The translations under genes were made by a program, and so were the position numbers. From assembly GCA_965232615.1 (NCBI GenBank), contig OZ246985.1, positions 847,778 to 911,777 on the forward strand: 64,000 nt of DNA. Direction: 5' to 3'. Below, piece by piece: positions 9,861 to 18,251 of this stretch (positions are counted from its first letter, which is position 1; each line of letters begins with the position of its first letter). Under the pieces are notes generated by a model. The model did not search any database. It was not told the DNA's origin and was given only the letters and a program-made list of their open reading frames with translations. This stretch comes from Spirochaetaceae bacterium (lineage in GTDB: Bacteria > Spirochaetota > Spirochaetia > DSM-2461).

Positions 9861-10083
9861 GGATTAGGAAGAATTCACCCTGGAATATAGTTTCTTCAAC
9901 AGGTGATGTTCCTGATGATCTACTCAAAGAATGGATTGAAGCTTCCTGTCACCTGGTCGTGGGTGGATTGCCTGCGGAGTGACAGGCTGAAACTCATTCA
10001 ATCACTGAACATCCGGGAGGTCGTTTCATGTATACGACTACAACGTTACCTGTACCGCCGGGATTCAAGAGAAACCGCCTCCG

Positions 10084-10872
10084 ATGATTCCCCGAATGAA
10101 TCCCAGGTGTAAACCGGCAACAGCTAACCGTAGATTATTCTGGGTGATTCTCTCATCTCTGACAGTCCTGGCGGTATGGACCATTGTTTCCAGGATCCTG
10201 GCAAGGGAAATCATTCTACCGACACCGGGAGCCACTGTTGTTTACCTTATTGAAATGCTCAGAAAGAAAGAAACATGGCTGGCCCTTGGAGCAACGGTCG
10301 GCCGGATGCTTTTCTCCTTTCTTTTGAACATCATATCGGCACTGATCACAGGAGTGATCTCAGGATTTGTCAGCCGAATCGCCTTCATTTTTGAACCGAT
10401 TATTGCAGTAATGAAATCCTTACCGACCATGGGAGTCATTCTTCTATCCCTTATCTGGTTCAAATCCAATACGGCTGTTATCTTTGTGTGTACTCTCATT
10501 GTTTTTCCGGTGCTGTATGCTGCTGTATTAACAGGTATTCGTCATCTGGATTCCAGGCTGATGGAGATGCATCAGATCTTTCGAATCTCCTGGATCAGGA
10601 CTCTGCGGCATTTCATTCTTCCCTCCCTGCGTCCCCACCTTATCTCAGGAATGATGGCTGGTACCGGTTTGACAATGAAGGTCGTTGTTGCAGCTGAAGT
10701 TCTCAGTCAACCTGCGACAGGTATTGGAACGATACTTCAAATTGAACGGGCCCGATTGAATACGACAGGCGTTTTTTCCTGGTCTCTATTAGTTATCCTG
10801 TTAACGGTGGGGATTGATTTATTTTTCTCTATTTTACGCAAGCGCATGGACAGTCAACATGATCAGACTTAA
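10084..10872 (+). CDS. ABC transporter permease (nitrate/sulfonate/taurine/HMP-type, binding-protein-dependent inner membrane component)
   Basis: Six or more TM segments and an EAA-like loop (VAAEVLSQPATGIGT). Confidence 0.65.
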   Translation: MIPRMNPRCKPATANRRLFWVILSSLTVLAVWTIVSRILAREIILPTPGATVVYLIEMLRKKETWLALGATVGRMLFSFLLNIISALITGVISGFVSRIAFIFEPIIAVMKSLPTMGVILLSLIWFKSNTAVIFVCTLIVFPVLYAAVLTGIRHLDSRLMEMHQIFRISWIRTLRHFILPSLRPHLISGMMAGTGLTMKVVVAAEVLSQPATGIGTILQIERARLNTTGVFSWSLLVILLTVGIDLFFSILRKRMDSQHDQT

Positions 10873-11473
10873 AAATATCAACAAATCCTTCGGGGAGAAT
10901 CTTCTGTTCCGGAGTCTGAGTTTATCTGTATCCGATGGGGAGATTATCAGTCTTGCCGGTCCTTCAGGGTGTGGAAAAACGACTCTGTTGAATATCATCG
11001 CGGGTCTTATCCTTCCTGATGATGGAAAGATTAGTTGTACCAAACCTGTTTCCTGTGTTTTTCAGGATGACCGTCTGCTCCCCTGGAGGTCCATCATTGA
11101 AAATGCCATGTATGCTATGGATAACCGCTTATCCAGGAAGACCAGGAGGGAAGAGGCCATGGTTCTTCTGGAAGACCTGGAACTTGGTGATGCCATCAGG
11201 AAACTGCCCGGGCAGATCAGTGGTGGTATGGCTCGCCGTGCTGCCCTGGCCCGTGCGCTTCTGGCTCCAGGTGAAACACTTCTCCTTGATGAGCCATTCT
11301 CTTCTCTGGACCCCTCTCTGAAAAACCGCATTCTGGAGCGTGTCGCCAGACATTTAACTGGAAAAACTGTTGTTCTCGTAACCCATGATCACAGTACAGC
11401 GATAGCCCTGTCTCATCAGATCTACAGTCTATCCCCTCCTCCTGTCCAGATAAAGGCCATCGAAAAGCGGTGA
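10859..11473 (+). CDS. ABC transporter ATP-binding protein
   Basis: Walker A GPSGCGKTT, signature LSGGMARR, Walker B LLLDEP. The likely start MIRLKNINKSF overlaps the permease end. Confidence 0.7.
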   Translation: MIRLKNINKSFGENLLFRSLSLSVSDGEIISLAGPSGCGKTTLLNIIAGLILPDDGKISCTKPVSCVFQDDRLLPWRSIIENAMYAMDNRLSRKTRREEAMVLLEDLELGDAIRKLPGQISGGMARRAALARALLAPGETLLLDEPFSSLDPSLKNRILERVARHLTGKTVVLVTHDHSTAIALSHQIYSLSPPPVQIKAIEKR

Positions 11474-11618
11474 TTTCTTGACTCGAGCTGTTCCGCCATT
11501 ACGATGCGGCTGGAATGCCCGCACGACCTGACAGTGCTCTTTGAGGAATGGGGTGGAGGAGGATTATTTACAATCCTTCTCAATACCTGTATATTCTTTG
11601 AACAGGAGATTTCCGACG

Positions 11619-12221
11619 ATGGAAGCACTTATTATTGTGGATGTCCAGAATGATTTTTGTTCGGGAGGAGCGCTGGCGGTTCCCGGAGGTGAGGATGTTG
11701 TACCCCGGATTAACGCCCTGCATGATCGATTCCCTGTCACAGTGGCCACTCAGGACTGGCATCCCAGGGGCCATATTTCTTTCGCATCCAGTCATGATCG
11801 AAATCCTGGTGAATCAATTGAACTTGCTTCCGGCAGACAGATGCTATGGCCTGATCACTGTATACAGGGCAGTAAAGGGGCTGAGTTCCATCCCGATCTC
11901 AATCTCAATACAGCCAGTATAATCATTCGAAAAGGTAACTCCAGGGATCTTGATTCCTATTCTGCTTTTCTTGAAAACGACCATCGCACATCGACAGGGC
12001 TCACGGCATATTTGAGGGACAGAGGAGTGAACAAGGTGTACCTTTGTGGATTAGCTACAGATTTCTGTGTTTTCTACAGTGCTCTGGATGCACACAGCGC
12101 AGGTTTTGAAACAGTCGTTCTCATTGATGCCACACGGGGTGTGGATTTGCCTGAAGGCAATCTTGAACAGACTATCAAAACCATGGAACACAGGGGAATA
12201 ATCCTTACCGAATCGTGCTGA
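11619..12221 (+). CDS. pncA: nicotinamidase/pyrazinamidase (isochorismatase-fold hydrolase)
   Basis: MEALIIVDVQNDF and the catalytic Cys in LCGLATDFCV. Start chosen at the ATG at 11619, after aacaggag. Confidence 0.7.
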   Translation: MEALIIVDVQNDFCSGGALAVPGGEDVVPRINALHDRFPVTVATQDWHPRGHISFASSHDRNPGESIELASGRQMLWPDHCIQGSKGAEFHPDLNLNTASIIIRKGNSRDLDSYSAFLENDHRTSTGLTAYLRDRGVNKVYLCGLATDFCVFYSALDAHSAGFETVVLIDATRGVDLPEGNLEQTIKTMEHRGIILTESC

Positions 12222-12275
12222 TGTATCCCGAAAAGAATCGTCAAATCCTGGAACTGATGCTAAAATGCAGTAATT

Positions 12276-13940
12276 ATGAGTAGGATCTATATTTCCGGAC
12301 ATAGAAATCCCGACTTCGACTCAATAGCTTCGGCTTATGTATACGCCCATTTGAAGAATAGAGTGGATCCGAACAACAGCTACATTCCTGTTCGCTGTGG
12401 TAATATCAACGCCCAGACCAGGTCAGTTTTTACAAAATTGGGCATTGAACCACCGCAGTATATGAAGGATGTAAGGGCAAAAGTTGCCGATGTGGTGGAT
12501 AGAGATGTACCTCGTCTTGAATTAAAAGACCCTCTACAATCGGCCATAGGAGTACTTGATGAAACAGGAGTGAGTCTGCTGCCGGTCTTTGATGAGGATG
12601 GCAGCTACCAGGGCATTGTCAGCAGTGTTGAAGTGAGCCATTTTCTTATGAGAGAAACTTTTGGTGCCAGACCTGCATACCATTTCCGCATCGATAATCT
12701 TGCCAAGGTGGTACCAGGTTGTATGATGCATAAGGGAATAGCAGAAGATTTCACAGTTCCCATTATGATTGGAGCCATGCCTTTTGAACGAAGCGTTGAG
12801 TGTATAACAGCTTTGAATACAAATCAGGCATTGCTTATTGTCGGTATGCGCCGTGATCTTGTTGATTATGCCATAAGTAATGACTTTCCGGCCGTCATAC
12901 TCACAGGTGCTACCAGGGAGGAAGTTGCGAAGCTTGATTTGTCCCGGTATACGGGTTCTGTTTATCTCTCCGATGTTGATACAGCGGAGACAGTCCGGCT
13001 TTTGCGTTTCAGCACCCCTCTGGAGAAAATTATTGAAACTGATATAGAACTTCTTGAAGCCAGTACAAGTTTTGATCAGGCAAAGTCAATTCTATCCTCA
13101 TCGGGCCTGAGGGGATTACCAGTCTTCGATAATGGGCAATTTGTGGGCATTGTGTCTCGAGGTTCTTTCCTCAATAGGCCCCGGAATAAACTAATCCTGG
13201 TCGATCACAATGAACTGGATCAAAGTATACCTGGAGCCAGGGATGCTGACATCCTTGAGATTATCGATCATCATCGTGTTGGGTCAATCATGTCTCGAAA
13301 CCCCTTCAGTCTGTATACTCGACCTGTGGGCTGTACCTGCACCATCCTCCGTCAATTATACAGACAACACGGTGTGGCCATATCGACAGAAATCGCCCTC
13401 CTTATGCTTTCTGCAATCCTTTCGGATACGGTATTACTCAAATCTCCCACCACCACGGATGAGGACAGACAGACCGCAGAAGGCCTTGCCCGTCATGCCG
13501 ATGTTGACTGGACGGTATGGGGTCAGGAGATTTTCGCTTCAGGTGCCCGCCTGGCAGAAATTGAACCCATGAATGCTATCAATGAAGATTTCAAAATTTA
13601 CGAATCAGGTTCAATTCGTTTCGGTATTGGTCAGGTGGAAGTTCAAACTCTGTCAGGGTTGGAGGATGTCTCCGAAAGTCTGCAGAAGGCCCTCACCCGA
13701 ACGAAGGAATCTCAGACTCTGGATGGTGTAATGCTCCTTATCACCGATATAATGAAGGAAGACAGTGTCCTTTTAACCAGGGGTTTGAATAAAGTTGTCC
13801 GTTCTCTTCCTTATGAGGTGATGCCTGACGGTATCCTCAGCCTTCCCGGTATTCTTTCCCGGAAAAAGCAGCTTCTCCCTGAGATAATTCGAGCTGTTGA
13901 AGAAACCAGGGTCTCTCTGGAGGATGAAGGGCACCTCTAA
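12276..13940 (+). CDS. DHH-CBS-DHHA2 protein, putative CBS-domain-containing manganese-dependent inorganic pyrophosphatase
   Basis: N-terminal DHH (GHRNPDFDSIASA), a central CBS pair and a C-terminal DHHA2. The stop codon (GGG CAC CTC TAA) is supplied by the left TIR of repeat E4. Confidence 0.6.
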   Translation: MSRIYISGHRNPDFDSIASAYVYAHLKNRVDPNNSYIPVRCGNINAQTRSVFTKLGIEPPQYMKDVRAKVADVVDRDVPRLELKDPLQSAIGVLDETGVSLLPVFDEDGSYQGIVSSVEVSHFLMRETFGARPAYHFRIDNLAKVVPGCMMHKGIAEDFTVPIMIGAMPFERSVECITALNTNQALLIVGMRRDLVDYAISNDFPAVILTGATREEVAKLDLSRYTGSVYLSDVDTAETVRLLRFSTPLEKIIETDIELLEASTSFDQAKSILSSSGLRGLPVFDNGQFVGIVSRGSFLNRPRNKLILVDHNELDQSIPGARDADILEIIDHHRVGSIMSRNPFSLYTRPVGCTCTILRQLYRQHGVAISTEIALLMLSAILSDTVLLKSPTTTDEDRQTAEGLARHADVDWTVWGQEIFASGARLAEIEPMNAINEDFKIYESGSIRFGIGQVEVQTLSGLEDVSESLQKALTRTKESQTLDGVMLLITDIMKEDSVLLTRGLNKVVRSLPYEVMPDGILSLPGILSRKKQLLPEIIRAVEETRVSLEDEGHL

Positions 13941-14158
13941 AAAACCCATTGAGTTCTTGACTCGACCTGCCTGCCTGTGCGTGTCCGCACGCAGACAGGC
14001 CGCCTTGCATCAAGAGAAAATTTAAGCAGAGGTGCGTACCGCAGGAGCAAAGCTCCGAGGAACGCACCGCCACTATCAGGTGCGTACCGCAGGAGCAAAG
14101 CTCCGAGGAACACACCGCCATTTCGTCAATTTCCTGAAGCTGTTTTTTAGAGGTACCC
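13929..14158 (+). repeat. MITE-like element copy E4 (TIR, variant-A module, module B, two 41-nt hairpin units of the gcgt/ggagc type, TIR)
   Basis: Hairpin units at 14031-14071 and 14079-14119 (ggtgcgtaccgcaggagcaaagctccgaggaacgcaccgcc). The ORF at 13837-14121 is an artefact. Confidence 0.85.
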
Positions 14159-14300
14159 TGAAGACAAACTCAATCCGACGAAAAATCTGTAGCATCAGGA
14201 AATTGTAGGCGAAAAGTCTCAGAAAAAATCAAGGTAGAAAAAAAATCAAAAAAAAATGATAAAGGATTAATAGTGTTATAGTCGATATTTAGAGTAATCT

Positions 14301-14320
14301 AAACGCTATATATAGCGTTT
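14301..14320. promoter_or_regulatory. perfect 20-bp palindrome AAACGCTATATATAGCGTTT, NrdR-box-like operator candidate upstream of nrdJ
   Basis: The core ACGCTATATATAGCGT differs from the NrdR box consensus acaCtAtATaTaGtgt at 2 symmetric positions. It lies about 100 bp upstream of the nrdJ start. A sigma70-like ttgact...tcattatat follows. Confidence 0.4.
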
Positions 14321-14419
14321 ATCAGAGTTTTATTGACTTGTCAAACTTGATTGTTTCAAGTCATTATATGCGTCTGGGATCAAAAACAATGAGACCCCAA
14401 TGAATAATGGGAGGAAGCT

Positions 14420-16684
14420 ATGACAGACACCAAAAAAGAAGTATTTGAGTTCAAACAGGCTATTTGCAGGGAAATATTCTCAAGAAAATACATGCTGCAC
14501 GGAGAGCAGACTCCACAGGAAGTATTTCGCGAAGTGGCCATTGAAATATCCAGCCCGGAGCCGAAAGATCTTCAGGATGAGTTCACTGAAAAGTTCTATA
14601 ACGAGATTATCTCAGGCCGATTGATACCCGCGGGACGAATACTTGCTAATGCCCGCTCTTACAGTCCAATGAAGAACTATAACAATTGTTTCACAATTGA
14701 CGTGGAAGACTCGCTCGAATCAATTTACGCTTCCCTCGCCGAAGATGCCAGAATCAGTAAAATGGGCGGAGGAGTTGGTTTTGATATTTCTAAACTTCGT
14801 CCCAAAGGAGATCCCCTTTCCCAGGGTGGAGAGTCCTCCGGTGTGGTGAGTTTCCTGAGAATCTTCAATCAAAGTGCAAAAACGATTATGACAGGCGGGC
14901 AGAGGCGCAGTGCTCATATTGCACTTCTGGACATCAGTCATCCTGATGTCGAAGAGTTTATCACTGTCAAGCAGGGTGATAAGAATAAGGAACTCACTCA
15001 GTTCAATATTTCAGTAAAGGTTACGGATGAGTTTATTCGTGCTGTTGAAGAGGATGGAAATTTCAATCTTCAGTTTAATGGAAAGGTGTATAAAACTCTT
15101 AAAGCCCGGGATCTCTACAATAAGCTTTCTCAGAATGCCTATATTCACAACGAACCTGGTATTTTCAATTTCGATACGGTACAAAAGTTTAATAACGGTT
15201 ACTGGGCCTTTCAGATGGATAGAGTTAATCCTTGCGGAGAGCTTGTTATGCCCGCCTATTCCCTCTGTTGCCTGGCGGCCATGAACCTGTCCGCATTCGT
15301 GGTAAACCCATTTACTGAAGAGGCGAAATTTGACTATGACCGTTTCTCTGAGTCTGTGAGTCTGGGGATCCGATTCCTGGATAACGTACTGGATGTCACC
15401 GATTATCCGCTGGATAAAATAGAATCTTTTTCCAAACAATGGCGCCGCGTAGGCCTGGGTTTCACTGCTCTGGGAACGGCAATGAGTTTGCTTCGAATCA
15501 AATATGGTTCCCCTCAGTCCATTGCGTTCGCATCGGAGATGTCGCGTACCCTTCGAGATGCGTCTTATCGGGCATCTTCTGATCTGGCGAGGGAAAAAGG
15601 GACCTTCCCTGCCTTTGATGCCAGGAAAATCCTTAACGCCAATTTCGTCAGGAAACTTCCTGTTGATATACGGGATCAAATCGCAGAGTATGGTCTTCGC
15701 AACATACAGATGAACACCGTTGCCCCCACTGGAACTATCAGTTTATCTGTTGGACAAAACTGCTCAAGCGGTATAGAACCGGCCTTTGCCCTTCAATACG
15801 ACCGAAACATCCGCATCGGCCGGGGTGATGAAATTAAAACCGAAACGGTCTACGACCTGGCATGGCTGCAATGGAAAGAACTCACTGGTGAAGACAACCC
15901 TCCCGACTGGATGGTTACGACAGCTGATATTGATCCCTTTGCATCAATTGACTTACAGGCCGCTATTCAGGAAAACATAGATCATTCCATCTCCAAGACT
16001 TTGAATTTACCGCCGGGAACCACCTTCGATCAGTATCAGAAACTCTTTCTCTACGCCTATAAAAAAGGTCTGAAAGGATTTACCACATTTAATCCCGAAG
16101 GGAGCATGAAAGGTATTCTGGAGTATTCTGACAAGCCTGAAGAAGCAACCATTGCCCGTCATCAAACCCCTGCTCGCCCCCACGAATTACCCTGTGAAAT
16201 TCACCGTATAAAAGTGAGGGGCAAGAGCTATATCATCATTACAGGTCACTTGAACGGCAGCCTTTATGAAGTCTTCTGGATTGATGTTCCAGACCATGAA
16301 GGGGTTAAAATCAATGGATATACCAGGGGTGTCGTCCGTAAAATGAAAAAAAACCGATACGATCTCGTGATGGGTGATACGAATCCGCGAATGGTTCTGG
16401 AGAACTTTACCGCTGTATACGATTCTCCCAATGCCTCCCTGGCTCGATTTGTCTCCATGGCGCTGCGACATGGTGCCCCCCTGCAGTTCATTGTGAAACA
16501 GCTCCAGAAGGACACTCAATTCATGGATTTTGAACGTGTTATCAGCCGTGTGCTTAAAACCTACATACGTGATGGAGAAGAAGTAATTGCCGGGGAGAAA
16601 CGCTGCCCTGAGTGTGAAACAGGTCTGGTGTTTCGGGAGGGATGTGCCACATGTCCGGCCTGTGGATGGTCAAAGTGCAAGTAA
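14420..16684 (+). CDS. nrdJ: adenosylcobalamin-dependent (class II) ribonucleotide reductase
   Basis: 754 aa with the active-site NPCGE motif and a C-terminal CPECETG...CATCPACGW zinc ribbon typical of class II RNR. Confidence 0.8.
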   Translation: MTDTKKEVFEFKQAICREIFSRKYMLHGEQTPQEVFREVAIEISSPEPKDLQDEFTEKFYNEIISGRLIPAGRILANARSYSPMKNYNNCFTIDVEDSLESIYASLAEDARISKMGGGVGFDISKLRPKGDPLSQGGESSGVVSFLRIFNQSAKTIMTGGQRRSAHIALLDISHPDVEEFITVKQGDKNKELTQFNISVKVTDEFIRAVEEDGNFNLQFNGKVYKTLKARDLYNKLSQNAYIHNEPGIFNFDTVQKFNNGYWAFQMDRVNPCGELVMPAYSLCCLAAMNLSAFVVNPFTEEAKFDYDRFSESVSLGIRFLDNVLDVTDYPLDKIESFSKQWRRVGLGFTALGTAMSLLRIKYGSPQSIAFASEMSRTLRDASYRASSDLAREKGTFPAFDARKILNANFVRKLPVDIRDQIAEYGLRNIQMNTVAPTGTISLSVGQNCSSGIEPAFALQYDRNIRIGRGDEIKTETVYDLAWLQWKELTGEDNPPDWMVTTADIDPFASIDLQAAIQENIDHSISKTLNLPPGTTFDQYQKLFLYAYKKGLKGFTTFNPEGSMKGILEYSDKPEEATIARHQTPARPHELPCEIHRIKVRGKSYIIITGHLNGSLYEVFWIDVPDHEGVKINGYTRGVVRKMKKNRYDLVMGDTNPRMVLENFTAVYDSPNASLARFVSMALRHGAPLQFIVKQLQKDTQFMDFERVISRVLKTYIRDGEEVIAGEKRCPECETGLVFREGCATCPACGWSKCK

Positions 16685-16685
16685 A

Positions 16686-16716
16686 GGGCACCTCTAAAAA
16701 CCTTATTTCGTTTCTG
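16686..16716 (+). repeat. truncated left end of the MITE-like element (E5)
   Basis: gggcacctctaaaaaccttatttcgtttctggc matches the variant-B left end, then homology stops. Confidence 0.55.
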
Positions 16717-16726
16717 GCAGAAGTCA

Positions 16727-16918
16727 TTGGAAAACTATCTGACTCTGTGCAGGGCGGGGGGAAGCCTGTCATTTATTGAATTGGTAAAATTGGCTGATCT
16801 TCACAATCCTTTTGAAAGTGGGACTATTGAAAAGATTATAACCCCTGTCTCTCAATGGTTGGATCAGGTTGATGACAGGGCATTGCAGTTGGAACACAGA
16901 TTGTTATCCATGAAGTAA
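16727..16918 (+). pseudogene. C-terminal remnant of an M3-family oligoendopeptidase F-like gene
   Basis: A 63-aa ORF (..LCRAGGSLSFIELVKLADLHNPFE...) resembles the PepF C-terminus. It has no upstream body and abuts the truncated repeat. Confidence 0.35.
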
Positions 16919-17229
16919 ATGGTTTGAATATCGAGTCTTGTGGCACATTCAGCACAGGTAAGCTGGTAGGGGAATGCCTTCTTTCTAAGGATGATGAGTA
17001 CTCCAAGAACAATGAGAACGCCGATGGCAAGGATGGTATCGTTGAGTCCCTTCTGGACAATGAAGGCGGCCATTGCCGTTACAGCAAACACAGAAAGAGT
17101 ATGATACAGAGATGCCATTCTTTTTTTGATGGCAGCCTTGCCGTATCGACGAAACATAAGATTGAGGACAAGAGCCACGATGAGGGGCCACATTCCAAGG
17201 TTGAATATCCATGAAGATACACTGTTCAT
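16864..17229 (-). CDS. hypothetical membrane protein with C-terminal CxxC...CxxC zinc-ribbon
   Basis: Three predicted TM helices followed by CAECATRLD...CSNCNAL. Confidence 0.4.
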   Translation of the reverse strand: MNSVSSWIFNLGMWPLIVALVLNLMFRRYGKAAIKKRMASLYHTLSVFAVTAMAAFIVQKGLNDTILAIGVLIVLGVLIILRKKAFPYQLTCAECATRLDIQTIYFMDNNLCSNCNALSST

Positions 17230-17259
17230 ACTGGATTATATGTCCTGTCCAGTGTTAGA

Positions 17260-18171
17260 TCAAGCTTTGAAAAACTGGAAAGCCTTTGAATCGGTGCTGG
17301 CCTCAATGGGAGTGCTTCCAAAATTCTCTCCATCGGGAGTAAGGGCCATGGGACGTTCAGACTCCAGTTTTATATGATGACCACGGAATACTTCAAATTC
17401 GGGTGTCTCCAGATGGGCTCCAGTGAAAATTGTCGGCAACAGTTTCAATGCTCTAAACCTCGTGGTTTCTTTCATTACAACCACATCAAGTAAGCCATCA
17501 TCGATCTTTGCTGATGGAGCTATGAGCATATTTCCGCCTGTATACCGGGAGTTGCAGATTTCTACAAAGATGGCACGTCGTTCAATTATTTCATCGTCCA
17601 CCTGGAGCCGAATTGGAACAGGATCAAGATGGATAATTTCTTCAATAATACCGAAGACATAGCTCCTGGTGCCAAATAGCTTATACCTTGCTGATCGACG
17701 CGCGACATTAGAAACAAACCCCACCCCAAGGAGGTTGATGAAGTGGTAGTGGACAGAATCACAGGTAAACCACCCAAGGTCTACCAGACGGCATTCGCCC
17801 GCTATAATTGACTGAACAGCTACGTCCACAGAGGATATTCCCAAATCCCTGATATAGGAGTTGCCGGTTCCCACAGGAATTTGACCAATGGGAATGGAAA
17901 TTACAGATTTATCAGAGCACAGGCCGTTGAGAACCTCAAAAAGGGAACCATCTCCGCCCACAACAATGACACCAGACCAATCTGTCTGTTCGAGAGATTG
18001 GGCGATGGAAAGAGTATCACCTGGTTTTTCTGATATGAACATCTGTACGGACAAACCAGCATCATTCAACCGGGCAGCAGCGTTTTTAGCTGTTTGACGG
18101 CCAATTTTTCTACCAGCATTTGGATTGACAATCATTGCCAGTGGAACTTTCGATTTCATTGGGAATACCAC
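17260..18171 (-). CDS. lipid kinase, diacylglycerol-kinase catalytic domain (YegS/BmrU family)
   Basis: N-terminus IVNPNAGR and the GGDGS motif (VVGGDGSLFEVLNGL). Confidence 0.7.
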   Translation of the reverse strand: MVFPMKSKVPLAMIVNPNAGRKIGRQTAKNAAARLNDAGLSVQMFISEKPGDTLSIAQSLEQTDWSGVIVVGGDGSLFEVLNGLCSDKSVISIPIGQIPVGTGNSYIRDLGISSVDVAVQSIIAGECRLVDLGWFTCDSVHYHFINLLGVGFVSNVARRSARYKLFGTRSYVFGIIEEIIHLDPVPIRLQVDDEIIERRAIFVEICNSRYTGGNMLIAPSAKIDDGLLDVVVMKETTRFRALKLLPTIFTGAHLETPEFEVFRGHHIKLESERPMALTPDGENFGSTPIEASTDSKAFQFFKA

Positions 18172-18251
18172 CTGGAGTTTTCAGAAAGCATAGTCAATGA
18201 TAGGCTTCCTGACACTCCATACAGATATAGTTCCTGAATATGATTCTTATC

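Noticed and set aside
9663-9900. SAM riboswitch in the metK leader
   Set aside because: I could not find SAM-I (GGNGGGA / kink-turn), SAM-II or SAM-VI conserved cores by eye. It is kept only as something to test with Infernal.
9900-10084. TPP riboswitch upstream of the NMT1/THI5-type ABC transporter operon
   Set aside because: Partial resemblances (gggtg..., ctgaaa, tgaacatccggg) do not reproduce the conserved CUGAGA...ACCCUUUGAACCUGAUC...UAAUACC core.
9903-10112. 69-aa ORF in the metK / ABC-operon divergent intergenic region
   Set aside because: No SD, an arbitrary composition, and it overlaps the likely promoter region.
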